Shown: in pieces, positions 1 through 11,400 of the stretch
Position numbering within the stretch: the stretch's first letter is position 1
How the letters are laid out: the number at the start of each line of letters is the position of its first letter
From: a virus
IMG/VR virus record: IMGVR_UViG_3300034103_001788
Location: 6,304 to 70,303 of that record
DNA length: 64,000 bases
Reading direction: 5' to 3' (one strand)
Program-made: the position numbers and the translations under genes
Notes under the pieces: model-generated
What the model saw: the letters and a program-made list of their open reading frames with translations, nothing else
What the model was told of the DNA's origin: nothing
Database searches by the model: none

Positions 1-204
1 GATGCTACGTTAATTGTTCCCTTAATTAAGGAATACATGGAAATTGGTATTAAAAACGATGAACATTTAATTAAATTAGCCGCTATTGTTCAACGCGCTA
101 TACAAAATAGTGCATCCAATAGTGATGGATCTGTAGCTATTAGTGATGAGGAAAAAAAACAACTAATGGATGAAATAAATAAAATCCAAAAACCTGAAAA
201 ATAA
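1..204 (+). CDS. partial (5'-truncated) phage hypothetical protein
   Basis: Open frame 1 from window start (DATLIVPLIKEYMEIGIKNDEHLIKLAAIVQR...) to TAA 202-204, which overlaps the next ATG (TAATG); absent from the ORF track. Confidence 0.75.
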   Translation, partial: DATLIVPLIKEYMEIGIKNDEHLIKLAAIVQRAIQNSASNSDGSVAISDEEKKQLMDEINKIQKPEK

Positions 205-1358
205 TGAATTACATCCCAGCAGTAGTAGTAGATATTGTTTTAAATGAAAACAGTACGTATTTTAATACTGTAGGAGGTTATAACGGGATTGGTACCGTTG
301 TATATAAAGAAATAAAAAATAATAAATATGGTGCTTTAGGATTTGCTAAATCGTATTTTTCTAATATTTCTAATTACCCTTTAAAAAATGAATTAATATA
401 CATTATCTTTTTACCTAATCCTGATACTCAGAATAATGTAAATAGACAAAGTGCATATTATGTTTCTCCTATAAATGTTTGGAATAGTCCTCACCATAAT
501 GCTATTCCTAATATATTTTCTGATACTAATATTCCGGATTCACAAAAACAGGATTACCAACAAACCTCTTTAGGATCGGTTAGGCGAGTACAAGATGGAT
601 CTACAGATATAAATTTAGGAAATACATTTACTGAACAATCAAATATTAAACCCTTAACTAAATACGAGGGTGATGTAATAATTGAAGGTAGATTTGGTAA
701 TTCTATTAGATTTGGTTCAACTGTTGTAAGTGGATCATTTTATAATAATTGGTCTAAAGATGGCATAAATGGTGATCCTATTATCATTATACGTAATGGT
801 CAACCCGTTAATGCTGGATCTGTTGGATTTTTACCTATAGAAGAAAATATTAACCGAGATAAATCATCTATTTATCTTACTACTACACAAAAATTACCTG
901 AGTTAGATGGATTTATTCGATCATCGTATAATAGTTATTCTGCTCCCCCTATAACTCCTTCTCAATATAATAAACCCCAAGTTATTTTAAAGTCTGGGAG
1001 ATTATTATTTGCTACTGATGATGACCATATTTTATTTAGTTCTAATAAATCTATCAATTTAAATGCATATGATTCTATAAATTTAGACACCCCAGGTGAT
1101 ATTATATTAGAATCATCTAAAGTATATTTAGGTAGTAAAAATGCTACTGAAAAAGTTGTATTGGGTAATACTTTAAAAGCTCAATTAGACACTCTAATAA
1201 CAGCATTAAATACCTTTGCATCTATATGCTCTTCTCAAATTTCTCAACCTTCGGGAACACAATTAGCCGCTATTGTAGCTGCTGCTGAAACTTTAAAAAA
1301 TGCTTTAGGGAAAGTTAATACCTCTAATATCTTGTCTGACGATATTTATACTGTATAA
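204..1358 (+). CDS. putative baseplate hub/spike protein (gp5-like)
   Basis: 384 aa; N-terminal OB-fold-like segment, GDVIIEGRFGNSIRFGST, beta-rich C-terminus; upstream of gp25/gp6-like genes. Confidence 0.5.
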   Translation: MNYIPAVVVDIVLNENSTYFNTVGGYNGIGTVVYKEIKNNKYGALGFAKSYFSNISNYPLKNELIYIIFLPNPDTQNNVNRQSAYYVSPINVWNSPHHNAIPNIFSDTNIPDSQKQDYQQTSLGSVRRVQDGSTDINLGNTFTEQSNIKPLTKYEGDVIIEGRFGNSIRFGSTVVSGSFYNNWSKDGINGDPIIIIRNGQPVNAGSVGFLPIEENINRDKSSIYLTTTQKLPELDGFIRSSYNSYSAPPITPSQYNKPQVILKSGRLLFATDDDHILFSSNKSINLNAYDSINLDTPGDIILESSKVYLGSKNATEKVVLGNTLKAQLDTLITALNTFASICSSQISQPSGTQLAAIVAAAETLKNALGKVNTSNILSDDIYTV

Positions 1359-2599
1359 TGCCAACTCCACAACCACCATATTATGAACTTTCTAATGGTA
1401 ATTATATTACTTTTAAAAGTGTTGGAATGGGTAAAACCATTGGTACTTTATTAGATTCTGATTTAAATATATTATTTCAAAGAGATCCATCTATATCTAA
1501 TCTTGATATGATAGCAGATGAAATAATTAATGGATATTATATCTCTCAAACAATTCCCACTATTATAAATAAAGTTTTACCTACTCCTAAAGAAACCCCT
1601 GAACAAATACAACAACGAAGACAAGAAAAAGCAGCTCAACGCGATAAAGAAAATATTGAATTAGTTAGAGAACAACAAAATCTAAAAGTTGTCGAACAAT
1701 CTGTACCTGAAAATCAAAAAGCTAAAGGATCGGCTAAATTTGGACAATTAATTTTAAAATTAGGATTAACCCTATTTAATCAATTTCAACCTCAAATAAT
1801 TTCATATATTAAAGACTTAGGATTAAAAAATGCTGATAGACTAGGTACTGATCCTGATTTTATTAAAAATATAGTAAATGGTACTGTTGATCCTAAAACT
1901 TTATTAGATTTATGCCCTCCTAAAGAAAAATTAGATCAAGTTATTATTTTACGAAACCGGTTAACAAATAATTTAAATGGTATAGGAAACCGTTTAGATT
2001 CGTTTAATACCTCGTTAAATGCCCAATTATCCACATATAATATTAGTTTAACTTTAGTTGAAACTTTAGATATTGCTAGTAAAGCAACCTCATTAGCCGC
2101 TAAATTTATACCTGCCCCGCCCGGTATTCCTGGTATTATTACTTCTACTTTAAACGACTTATTATCAACTAAATTATCTATATTATATACAACTGATGGC
2201 TCTCCAAGATTAGCTAAATTAAAAGCAATTTTTGATTCAGCCGCTATGCCTTTAACTATTACTAGTGGATATATTAAAACAGTTGTAAATTTATTAGCTA
2301 TATTAGATATTATAATCTTACTTTGTGATCCTAATGCTAATTTATTAAATGTATCTACTTCATTAACAGATGTTACTAAACAATTAAATAATGATAATAA
2401 TGATTCTACTTATAAAGGATTTACATTTGTAATAGAAGAGGTATCTTTTAGTAATAACTTAGTACGTAAACGAGCTTTGGGAATAAATAAAAGTGGAGTT
2501 AAATTGATTGAAACACAACTATCATTTACTTTAGATAACCAAACATTAATTGATGAATTAAAATTAGTAATTGATAGAGATAATTTAAAAGCAGATTAA
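1358..2599 (+). CDS. hypothetical virion-associated protein
   Basis: 413 aa in baseplate cluster; TATTTATA motif 7 nt upstream. Confidence 0.5.
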   Translation: MPTPQPPYYELSNGNYITFKSVGMGKTIGTLLDSDLNILFQRDPSISNLDMIADEIINGYYISQTIPTIINKVLPTPKETPEQIQQRRQEKAAQRDKENIELVREQQNLKVVEQSVPENQKAKGSAKFGQLILKLGLTLFNQFQPQIISYIKDLGLKNADRLGTDPDFIKNIVNGTVDPKTLLDLCPPKEKLDQVIILRNRLTNNLNGIGNRLDSFNTSLNAQLSTYNISLTLVETLDIASKATSLAAKFIPAPPGIPGIITSTLNDLLSTKLSILYTTDGSPRLAKLKAIFDSAAMPLTITSGYIKTVVNLLAILDIIILLCDPNANLLNVSTSLTDVTKQLNNDNNDSTYKGFTFVIEEVSFSNNLVRKRALGINKSGVKLIETQLSFTLDNQTLIDELKLVIDRDNLKAD

Positions 2600-2619
2600 A
2601 TAAATATTTATAATAAACA

Positions 2620-2988
2620 ATGAAACCAACAGATTTTAAAAAAATTATTAAAGATGCAGTAAGAGAAGCTATTCAAGAAGAATTAAAAGAAATTCTTTTA
2701 GAAGCTGTCCGTGCACCTAAAATGGCTCCCGTTGGAACAGGTTTTGGAACTGTAACTGAAGCCATCACCGGTACTTCTACCGCCTCACAAATCAACCAAT
2801 CTAGATCATTATACTCACAGATGATGAGTGATTTTAAACCGGGAACTGAAACTATTTCTATGAATACTTCAAACCCAATAACCCAAGGAACTTATGTACC
2901 TAGTGGAGTATCAGCAGGAATTGAAGGTACACTTCATCCTGGAGATTTAGGTTTAGATCAAATTATGGGATTAATAAATACTAAATAA
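2620..2988 (+). CDS. hypothetical protein with amphipathic N-terminal helix
   Basis: 122 aa starting MKPTDFKKIIKDAVREAIQEELKEILLE; TATTTATA at 2605-2612. Confidence 0.55.
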   Translation: MKPTDFKKIIKDAVREAIQEELKEILLEAVRAPKMAPVGTGFGTVTEAITGTSTASQINQSRSLYSQMMSDFKPGTETISMNTSNPITQGTYVPSGVSAGIEGTLHPGDLGLDQIMGLINTK

Positions 2989-3398
2989 TGGCTTTTGGTG
3001 CGAAGAAAATATTTCCAATAGACCAATATCCCCGTAAAGCGGTAGGTGTGGCTTTACCATTTAATGCCCCTTCGGTATTTTCTTCCACATATATTACTAA
3101 AGATGCTATTAGGAATAATCTAATTAATTACCTACTAACCAACCCAGGTGAAAGACTCTTTTATCCTACATTTGGTGCTGGGATTAGAAAATATATATTT
3201 GAACATATTGTTAATGATGATATTAATGATTTAGCCTCTAAAATTGAAAATGATATTGTTACTTATTTTCCTAGTATAAAAGCAATTGTTCAAATTATAC
3301 CTAGTTATGATTATAATACTGTTTTTGTAGATATTAACTATTCTATAATCAACACAGGTATCACTGATAATTTACAAATAAATTTAAGCAATGGCTGA
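2988..3398 (+). CDS. baseplate wedge subunit, gp25/GPW-like
   Basis: IRNNLINYLLTNPGERLFYPTFGAGI matches the gp25 family pattern (LLT..GER...P.FG). Confidence 0.85.
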   Translation: MAFGAKKIFPIDQYPRKAVGVALPFNAPSVFSSTYITKDAIRNNLINYLLTNPGERLFYPTFGAGIRKYIFEHIVNDDINDLASKIENDIVTYFPSIKAIVQIIPSYDYNTVFVDINYSIINTGITDNLQINLSNG

Positions 3399-5250
3399 GA
3401 CTAAAGATATAAAATATTTTAATAGGGATTTCCAAGGGTTAAAAAACTTATTGGTTGATTATGCTAAAACCTATTTCCCCACAACCTATAACGACTTCAG
3501 CCCTTCATCACCCGGGATGATGTTTATGGAGATGGCTGCTTACGTAGGAGATGTTATGTCTTTTTACTTAGACAATCAGATTCAAGAAACCTTTATTCAA
3601 TATGCTCGCCAATCTGAAAATATATATACTTTAGCTTATATGTTAGGTTACAGACCTAAAGTAACTAAAGCAGCAACTGTTGATATTGATTTTTACCAAC
3701 AATTACCCTCTGTATTAGATAATACAGTATATGTACCGGATTATAGTTATTGTTTACAATTTACTGAAAATACTCAAATCAGATCATCAACCAATAATAG
3801 TATTTTTTTCTTAGTTCAAGATAATATTAATTTTGCTGTTTCTAGTTCAACTGATCCTACTGAAATAACAGTATACCAAACATCCGGAGGAAATCCTCAG
3901 TATTTTCTTTTAAAGAAAACTAGACAAGCTATATCGGCTCAAATTAAATCTACTAGTTTTACATTCGGAACTCCTGAATCTTTTCAAACAGTTAATTTAG
4001 TTGATGATAATATTTTACAAATATTAGATATTACGGATACTGATGGTAATACATGGTATGAAGTACCTTATTTAGGTCAAGAAATGATTTATGAAAGTAT
4101 TAAAAATACTAATACTAATGATCCTAATACTTACCAAGATACCGATGCTCCTTATTTATTAAGATTAAGAAAAACACCAAGACGTTTTGTTACTCGCTTT
4201 ACCTCTACAGGTAATATGCAAATCCAATTTGGATCAGGAACTACATCAGATGTTGATGAGATAATTATACCTAATTCAAATAATGTTGGTTTAGGATTAC
4301 CATATAAACAAAGTAAATTATTTACAGCTTTTGATCCTACTAACTTCCTCCAAACAGATACTTATGGTATTGCCCCTGCAAATACCACGTTAACTGTAAG
4401 ATATTTAGTAGGTGGCGGGGTATCATCAAACATAGATTCTAATACGTTAAACGCGCTAATAAACACGAATAATGTATTATTTATCAATAATAATCTAAAC
4501 CAAACTACCGCAAATTATATTTTTAGTACTATTGCTGTTAATAATACTGAAGCCGCCTCAGGAGGATCAGATGGTGATAATTTAGAGGAAATTAGACAAA
4601 ATTCATTAATGTCTTTTCAAACACAATTACGTAACGTAACCCAAGCTGATTATTTAGTAAGAGCACTATCAATGCCTTCTAATTATGGTTCTATTGCTAA
4701 AGCATATGCTGAACCTGTAAAAATTGAAAACTTACAACCCGGAGAAACACCCTCAGTATTAGATATATATGTTTTAGGATATAATGCTAATAATAATTTA
4801 ACTACTGTTTCTAACACTGTTAAAAGTAATTTACAGACCTACTTATACGAATATAGAATGATTAATGATTCTATTCGTATTAGAGATGCTTATGTTATAA
4901 ATGTAGGTGTAAATTTTGATATTATAGTACTTCCTAATTTTAATAGCAATGAGGTATTAATTAACTGTGTAGAAGCATTAAAAACTTATTTTAATGTTGA
5001 TAAATGGTCTATTAACCAACCTATTATATTAAAAGACCTTTATGTTGAACTTAGTAAAATTCAAGGAGTTCAATCTGTAAAAAATATTGAAATATTAAAT
5101 AAATCGGGTATCATCAATGGTTACTCACAATATGCATATGATATTGTAGGAGCTAACCAAAATGGTATTATATATCCTTCTCTTGATCCATCTGTATTTG
5201 AAATAAAATACCCTAATAGTGATATTCAAGGAAGAGTAGTATCCTTTTAA
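3391..5250 (+). CDS. baseplate wedge subunit, gp6/baseplate J-like
   Basis: RDF..LK..L..Y.K.YFP..YNDFS.SSPGMMF.EM.AYVGDV.SFYLD, FGSG, SGGSDGD..EEIR, R.VT..DY motifs; follows gp25. Confidence 0.85.
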   Translation: MAETKDIKYFNRDFQGLKNLLVDYAKTYFPTTYNDFSPSSPGMMFMEMAAYVGDVMSFYLDNQIQETFIQYARQSENIYTLAYMLGYRPKVTKAATVDIDFYQQLPSVLDNTVYVPDYSYCLQFTENTQIRSSTNNSIFFLVQDNINFAVSSSTDPTEITVYQTSGGNPQYFLLKKTRQAISAQIKSTSFTFGTPESFQTVNLVDDNILQILDITDTDGNTWYEVPYLGQEMIYESIKNTNTNDPNTYQDTDAPYLLRLRKTPRRFVTRFTSTGNMQIQFGSGTTSDVDEIIIPNSNNVGLGLPYKQSKLFTAFDPTNFLQTDTYGIAPANTTLTVRYLVGGGVSSNIDSNTLNALINTNNVLFINNNLNQTTANYIFSTIAVNNTEAASGGSDGDNLEEIRQNSLMSFQTQLRNVTQADYLVRALSMPSNYGSIAKAYAEPVKIENLQPGETPSVLDIYVLGYNANNNLTTVSNTVKSNLQTYLYEYRMINDSIRIRDAYVINVGVNFDIIVLPNFNSNEVLINCVEALKTYFNVDKWSINQPIILKDLYVELSKIQGVQSVKNIEILNKSGIINGYSQYAYDIVGANQNGIIYPSLDPSVFEIKYPNSDIQGRVVSF

Positions 5251-5269
5251 TTCAAAATATTTATAATAA

Positions 5270-6382
5270 ATGGCTATCTACAAAATTTTCCCTGAAAAGG
5301 ATGCTACTTTGTATTCTCAATATTCTGGTTCAAATACTGGACTGGATGAAATTTTAGAAATTTCAACAATTGTTGATGACCAAACAGTATATGCTAGCCG
5401 TCCTGTACTAAAATTTTCACAAACTGAAATTACTGATATTATTAGTAATAAAATAACAGGAACCGCTTGGCAAGCAAATTTACGATTATTTTTAGCCTAC
5501 GCTTCTAACATTCCTTTAGATTACACCATATATGCTTATCCTATTTCAGGATCTTGGGACATGGGTACAGGGCACTATTTAGATAGTCCTATTAACGATA
5601 GTGGTGTTAGTTGGGTTAATAGATTAAGTGCTGGTACTTCTCCGTGGACAAGTGCTAGTTTTGCTACATACGTAACAGCTTCATTCCCATTAAATCAAAC
5701 AGGTGGAGGAACCTGGTATACCGGATCAGCTACTTTAAACCCGGTAACATCTCAATCTTTTAATTATATTACATCTAAAGATATAGATTTAAATGTAACT
5801 AATGCTGTACATTTATTTGTTAGCGGAACTATTAATAATAATGGATTCATCCTTAAAAAAGAAGATTCACTTGAATTTAGTACAGGATCAGCGTTTGAAT
5901 TAAAATATTTTTCTGTAGATACACACACTATTTATCCTCCATGTTTAGAGTTTAAATGGAATGATTTTGCAACTGTATTAACAGGATCATTAACAGCAAG
6001 TATAGTATCTACATCTGATTTTAAACTTACATTACCTAATAACTCTGGTTATTTTAATAATGGGAGTGTAGCTAAAATTAGAGTAAATGTTCGTCCTAAA
6101 TATCCTACACGTACTTTTCAAACAGCCTCTATATACACCACTAATTATTTCCTACCTACAGCATCATATTATGCTATTAAAGATTTAGATACTAATGAAT
6201 ATGTAGTTGATTTTGATACTACCTATACTAAGATTAGTGCCGATTCAACAAGTAACTATTTTACCATTTACATGAATGGTTTAGAACCTGAGAGATATTA
6301 TAAATTCTTGATTAAAACCGTAATTGATAGACAAACTGTAGTTTCTGATGATAGTTACTACTTTAAGGTAATAAATGGATAA
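5270..6382 (+). CDS. structural protein with DNRLRE-like beta domain
   Basis: EKDATLYSQ..NTGLDEILE, W..GTG, NNGFILK, YFS.DT..IYPP.LE; baseplate cluster. Confidence 0.5.
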   Translation: MAIYKIFPEKDATLYSQYSGSNTGLDEILEISTIVDDQTVYASRPVLKFSQTEITDIISNKITGTAWQANLRLFLAYASNIPLDYTIYAYPISGSWDMGTGHYLDSPINDSGVSWVNRLSAGTSPWTSASFATYVTASFPLNQTGGGTWYTGSATLNPVTSQSFNYITSKDIDLNVTNAVHLFVSGTINNNGFILKKEDSLEFSTGSAFELKYFSVDTHTIYPPCLEFKWNDFATVLTGSLTASIVSTSDFKLTLPNNSGYFNNGSVAKIRVNVRPKYPTRTFQTASIYTTNYFLPTASYYAIKDLDTNEYVVDFDTTYTKISADSTSNYFTIYMNGLEPERYYKFLIKTVIDRQTVVSDDSYYFKVING

Positions 6383-6915
6383 TGAGTGAAAAAATAATAA
6401 TTAGCAAAACCGTTTATAATAAAACCCAATTTGGGCAGGTTATTAATAACCAATTTAACCAATTTAATCCTGCTCCATCAGCATCTATAGCTTTAACTAT
6501 TGATGTTAATCAATTTTTTCAAGCATATGAAAATTTATTTTTTCAAATACCTAAAATAGGTGAAACTAATTCTCACCAATATTTAGTTAATAAAAGCGGT
6601 AACTATATAGATGAAAACGCTATAAGTGAAGAAGTACAAGCGTTATTAGAGGAAATCACTCAACTAAGACAAGAAAATTTGGATTTACAACGACAAGTTA
6701 TTACTATTCAAACCGAAGCTATAAATCCTACTGAAGAATCAAATGCAAATATTAATCAAATAGGAGCAACAACTACAGCAAGACCAATATCAAGTTCACC
6801 TTCTATTACTTCCACTAATACAACTGTATCTGGAGATACTACTGGAGGTAGTGGTAGTGGAGGAACAGGTGGAAGACGAGCAGGAACAGATAAAGCATCA
6901 TTAGTAACCGTATAA
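6382..6915 (+). CDS. hypothetical structural protein (coiled coil, S/T/G-rich tail)
   Basis: 177 aa; EVQALLEEITQLRQENLDLQ coiled coil; TAATG coupling. Confidence 0.55.
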   Translation: MSEKIIISKTVYNKTQFGQVINNQFNQFNPAPSASIALTIDVNQFFQAYENLFFQIPKIGETNSHQYLVNKSGNYIDENAISEEVQALLEEITQLRQENLDLQRQVITIQTEAINPTEESNANINQIGATTTARPISSSPSITSTNTTVSGDTTGGSGSGGTGGRRAGTDKASLVTV

Positions 6916-9900
6916 TGGCACAAAGTATAATTACTCAAATATCACCAATCAATCAACAAGATCAGTTATTAAATTCAACTGATAGTAGTTTAGTTAATAG
7001 TGTATCTACTAACACTAGTTTTAATGTTGAAACCGATGTAATTGAAACTTTTGTCTATAATATAAATAATGTATTAATTCAAGCTATTAGAACTAGTTAT
7101 ACGGTTCAAAATACTAGTGTTGATAATAATGAAATAAAAGAGTTATTTATTGACCCGGCTCGTGATCTAGAGGCAAATGCTTATATCACGGGTATATATA
7201 ATGTTAACTATAGTTTTTTAAGAAATAAACTTAATTCATCTGCTTTCAATCAGTATTACATTAAGGATATTTCTAATGATAGAACTGAATTACGAATCGA
7301 TAATATTAGTTTAACAAATAATGAAATACAAGAAGCCTTTGATAGTTTTAGTATTGACCTTAATACATCTCCCGTATTTAACGGTTTTTATTTAAACTTT
7401 GGTGATAATAATTTAGAATTAGCCACTAATATTGCTTTAGATGTAATCGATAGTAGAAATACTATATTAATCAAATTATATGAACCTTTAGCTTCTACTT
7501 ATGGTTTAAAAACTCAATTTTGGGTAGTAGAAAAAGTATCTGATCCTTTAGCTTATCAAGTAGAATTTATAAGTGATCAAGTGATATTTGATGATAGAAT
7601 ATTTTTAAAAGGTCCTAATTTTGATATATCTGTTAAGGATCAAGCAAATAACTCAACCGAATATAAAACATATAATAGTTTAACTACCTCTAATTCAACT
7701 TTAAATAACCAATTAAGTAGTATTCTATCTGAAAAAAGAGCTGAACTAAACACAGATTATTCAGAATACGAAAATTTTGTATTTTTTAGCTCAGCAGGAC
7801 AACGTTTATATAATTTTAAACAGAAATTATCATTAATTGAATCATACAATAATGATATTACAGTATTAAATACTTTACCTAATACTGTTCAAGTATCATC
7901 TAGTAAAGCAATTATACAAAATAAAATAGATACATTAATAACCAATTTTGATGGTTATGATTATTATCTGTACTTTGAAAGTAGTTCAACAACTTGGCCT
8001 AAGAGTGATGCCACTAAACCTTATAGTTTATATTCAACAGGATCAAATCAAGCCATTAACTGGTATAATATTCAAGAAGCATCAGCTTCATCATATGATA
8101 ACCAAAACCAAAATAACCTATATAACGTATTTCCTCAATATATTCAAGAAGACCCAGATAACGAACAATTTCAATTATTCGTTGAAATGGTTGCTCAGAT
8201 GTTTGATGATGTTTGGTTATATACCCAAGCTATTAAAAACCGCCAAGATGGTGATAATAGTTTAAGTGGTGGTATATCAAAAGATTTAGTTGCTGATGCT
8301 TTACGTTCATACGGTATAAACATTTATCAAAGTAGTTTCTCTACTAGTGATTTATTTACCTCATATTTAGGTATTGCCTCTAATGGATCATTATTACCCC
8401 CTACAGGAAGTGAAGTAATTAATAATTATGTTACTTCATCTGCGGAAATGATTCCTTTTGATGATGCTCAAAAATTAATTTATAAGCGTTTTTATCACAA
8501 TTTACCTTATATTTTAAAGAAAAAAGGTACAATTGAAGGATTAAGAACATTATTAACATGTTTTGGGGTTCCTGATACTATTTTACAAATTACTGAATTT
8601 GGTGGTAAAAATACAACCAATGTTAATGATTGGGATTATTTTGAAAATCATTTTAACTATGCCTTTACCACTAGCGGATCAGGATATGTAAATATTCCTT
8701 GGCAAAACTTAGGAACATCATCTAAATTTCCTAAAGCAGTTGAATTTAGATTCAAAACTTTCGGATTACCTCCTTCAGGAATACCTTATAGCCAATCATT
8801 AGTTAATACAAGTAATAAAGAATTTAATATATTACTTGAATACACAGGATCAGGATACGCTACTGGATCTTATTCAGCCTCTATAGCTAATCCATATAAC
8901 GAATATGCTACTTTAAAATTTTACCATAGTGCTAGTGCTGCTAGTGCAAGTATATATTTACCATTTTTTGATGGTGGTTGGTGGTCTATTTTAGTAAATG
9001 GTATTACTGGCTCGTCTTCAACATATACTGTATATGCTAAAAACAACATATATGATGGATATGAGGGAAATAAATTAGGATTCCAAGCATCAGCTAGTTT
9101 TACATCATCTAAATGGTGGGATAATAACTCAACTGGAGAATTATATTTAGGTAGCTCAGGTAGTGCGGTTATAGCTGGTAAAACTTATAACCCTATTTCT
9201 GCTTCATTCCAAGAATTTAGATATTATACTACTAATTTAAGTGAAAGTGTATTCAACGATTATGTAATGAATTCACTTTCTATTGAAGGAAACAATATAA
9301 GTGGTTCATACGATACTTTATTGTTTAGAGCATCATTAGGTGCTGAGCTTTATACTAATACAAGTTCAATTCATCCTGCCTATTCAAATACACCTTCATT
9401 CTCTAGTAGTAATTTATTTTCATATACTGGATCATATTCATTTAATCCTAATGTAGAAACAGTTTATTATGATGAACCTGGAGTAGGTATGTTGAATCGA
9501 GTAGCTAATAAAATTAAACTACAAGACAATAATATTCCTACAGGTAATGTATTATCTCCATTAGCACCTTTATCTCAAGCCTCACCTACCACAGGTAGTG
9601 TATCTCACAATAACAATTTACTAGAGGTTGGATTTTCACCTCAAAATGAAATTGATAAAGACATAATTAACCAGTTAGGTTATTTTAATATTGGTGAATA
9701 TATTGGTGATCCAAGACAAGTATCTAATAAATCGTATGTTGATTTAAAACCTTTAAGAGATGCTTACTTTAAAAAGTATTCATCATCTTATGATTATTCT
9801 GATTATGTTCGTTTAATAAAGTATTTTGATAATGCTTTATTTAAAATGGTTAAGGATTTTATTCCTGCTCGTACAAGTATTTCAACTGGTATCATTATTA

Positions 9901-11366
9901 AACCAACCATACTAGAAAGACCTAAATACCCAGAACCTCAAGTAAGTTGGTCTCGCCCTGAATATACAGCATCAGTACAACATTATTCTGGAAGCGATAC
10001 AATATATGGTTTTAGCAGTGATAATGGAGGAGTGTACTTAAACCAAACAAGTAGTTTCACTCAATCGTTTAATGGACCAACAGGATCTGTTAATATTATT
10101 CATAATGATAATAGAGAATTTTATAATGGTGAATTAAGTGGTACTATATTAACCGTTACTACTCAATCAATTTTAAATAACCCCTTACTAGAACCTAGAT
10201 ATAGAGAATCAATTAGTGATATACAAAATCTACAAGTAGCAATATCAGGAGCTTTTTTTGAAAGTGGTAGTAACAGTGAATTTAAAATAGGTACCCTACC
10301 CTTTAAAATAACAACCACCTCGCTTCCCATCTATAATACAACTACATACACATACACACCTGAATATAATGTAATAAGTGATATAGACATAGTGTTAGAA
10401 GGAGCATGGGCTGCACAAGCCGGTAATGCAAGACTGTATGTTTACTTTGTAGAAAACTCCAACAGTATATTAGGGTCAATCCAACTAAATACTATAGGTA
10501 CCTCAATAGAGATATTTAGCGAAACACTATCACTTAAAAACATCAATATAAACGCACAAAGTTCATATACAGTAGAGTATGTTTTCCAAAGTTTAAGTGT
10601 GTCTGAACGAACTGTATCCTTATCTAGTTTATCACAATGGATAATAAGTGTTGAAAATTTAGCAGCTCAATCAACTTACTATTTAGATCCTACAGTTTAT
10701 ACACAACAAAACTTCCCAGGTGATATAGGAGAATTTGATGATTATAATGCTATATATGGTAATGTTTACTCAAACAGAGTATCAAATAAATATTTTGATG
10801 TAGATTATTCAAATGGTATTTCATCACCTGTTAACTTAGAAGCTATAACAAGTGGATCCGCTATATATGCTCAAGTACAACAATCAAATTATACTTTAAA
10901 AAGACATATTAATCCAAGATATGAAGGAAGTAAGTTATATGGTGCTAATATAAATAAATTTACTACTGGTGATATTAGCTATGCTAACAAGCCTGTAATT
11001 GAAAGATATACAAATTATGTTGCTCAATATGATTACATCCAATCAGGAACAGATTCAATAATTCATATTTTAAGTCTAATTGATATTAATGGAAGTAAAA
11101 TAGCTTTAAATGGAAATACTAATTTCAATTTTGGAATGGTAAAAACTATTTTTCCCCAATCATCCTCGGTTTCATTAGTTGATTTACTAACCAACTCAGT
11201 AGGATCAAATACTTCAGGAAGTGCTACTATAAGTTCATCAATTGATGAAAATAATATTTTTATATATGAAACTATATCTAAAGCAAATACTGGATTGGTT
11301 GTTCCTTTAAATTTTAATCCGTATGTTGATATATATGAAATAGCTAGAAAAGCAGGACTAATATAA
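6915..11366 (+). CDS. large baseplate wedge protein (gp7/P2 gpI-like, LamG-like domain)
   Basis: 1483 aa; YHNLPYILKKKGTIEGLRTLL..FG motif; central beta-sandwich region (EFRYY); position in baseplate cluster. Confidence 0.6.
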   Translation: MAQSIITQISPINQQDQLLNSTDSSLVNSVSTNTSFNVETDVIETFVYNINNVLIQAIRTSYTVQNTSVDNNEIKELFIDPARDLEANAYITGIYNVNYSFLRNKLNSSAFNQYYIKDISNDRTELRIDNISLTNNEIQEAFDSFSIDLNTSPVFNGFYLNFGDNNLELATNIALDVIDSRNTILIKLYEPLASTYGLKTQFWVVEKVSDPLAYQVEFISDQVIFDDRIFLKGPNFDISVKDQANNSTEYKTYNSLTTSNSTLNNQLSSILSEKRAELNTDYSEYENFVFFSSAGQRLYNFKQKLSLIESYNNDITVLNTLPNTVQVSSSKAIIQNKIDTLITNFDGYDYYLYFESSSTTWPKSDATKPYSLYSTGSNQAINWYNIQEASASSYDNQNQNNLYNVFPQYIQEDPDNEQFQLFVEMVAQMFDDVWLYTQAIKNRQDGDNSLSGGISKDLVADALRSYGINIYQSSFSTSDLFTSYLGIASNGSLLPPTGSEVINNYVTSSAEMIPFDDAQKLIYKRFYHNLPYILKKKGTIEGLRTLLTCFGVPDTILQITEFGGKNTTNVNDWDYFENHFNYAFTTSGSGYVNIPWQNLGTSSKFPKAVEFRFKTFGLPPSGIPYSQSLVNTSNKEFNILLEYTGSGYATGSYSASIANPYNEYATLKFYHSASAASASIYLPFFDGGWWSILVNGITGSSSTYTVYAKNNIYDGYEGNKLGFQASASFTSSKWWDNNSTGELYLGSSGSAVIAGKTYNPISASFQEFRYYTTNLSESVFNDYVMNSLSIEGNNISGSYDTLLFRASLGAELYTNTSSIHPAYSNTPSFSSSNLFSYTGSYSFNPNVETVYYDEPGVGMLNRVANKIKLQDNNIPTGNVLSPLAPLSQASPTTGSVSHNNNLLEVGFSPQNEIDKDIINQLGYFNIGEYIGDPRQVSNKSYVDLKPLRDAYFKKYSSSYDYSDYVRLIKYFDNALFKMVKDFIPARTSISTGIIIKPTILERPKYPEPQVSWSRPEYTASVQHYSGSDTIYGFSSDNGGVYLNQTSSFTQSFNGPTGSVNIIHNDNREFYNGELSGTILTVTTQSILNNPLLEPRYRESISDIQNLQVAISGAFFESGSNSEFKIGTLPFKITTTSLPIYNTTTYTYTPEYNVISDIDIVLEGAWAAQAGNARLYVYFVENSNSILGSIQLNTIGTSIEIFSETLSLKNININAQSSYTVEYVFQSLSVSERTVSLSSLSQWIISVENLAAQSTYYLDPTVYTQQNFPGDIGEFDDYNAIYGNVYSNRVSNKYFDVDYSNGISSPVNLEAITSGSAIYAQVQQSNYTLKRHINPRYEGSKLYGANINKFTTGDISYANKPVIERYTNYVAQYDYIQSGTDSIIHILSLIDINGSKIALNGNTNFNFGMVKTIFPQSSSVSLVDLLTNSVGSNTSGSATISSSIDENNIFIYETISKANTGLVVPLNFNPYVDIYEIARKAGLI

Positions 11367-11400
11367 AAAACTTAAAAAATAAATATATTTATAATAAATT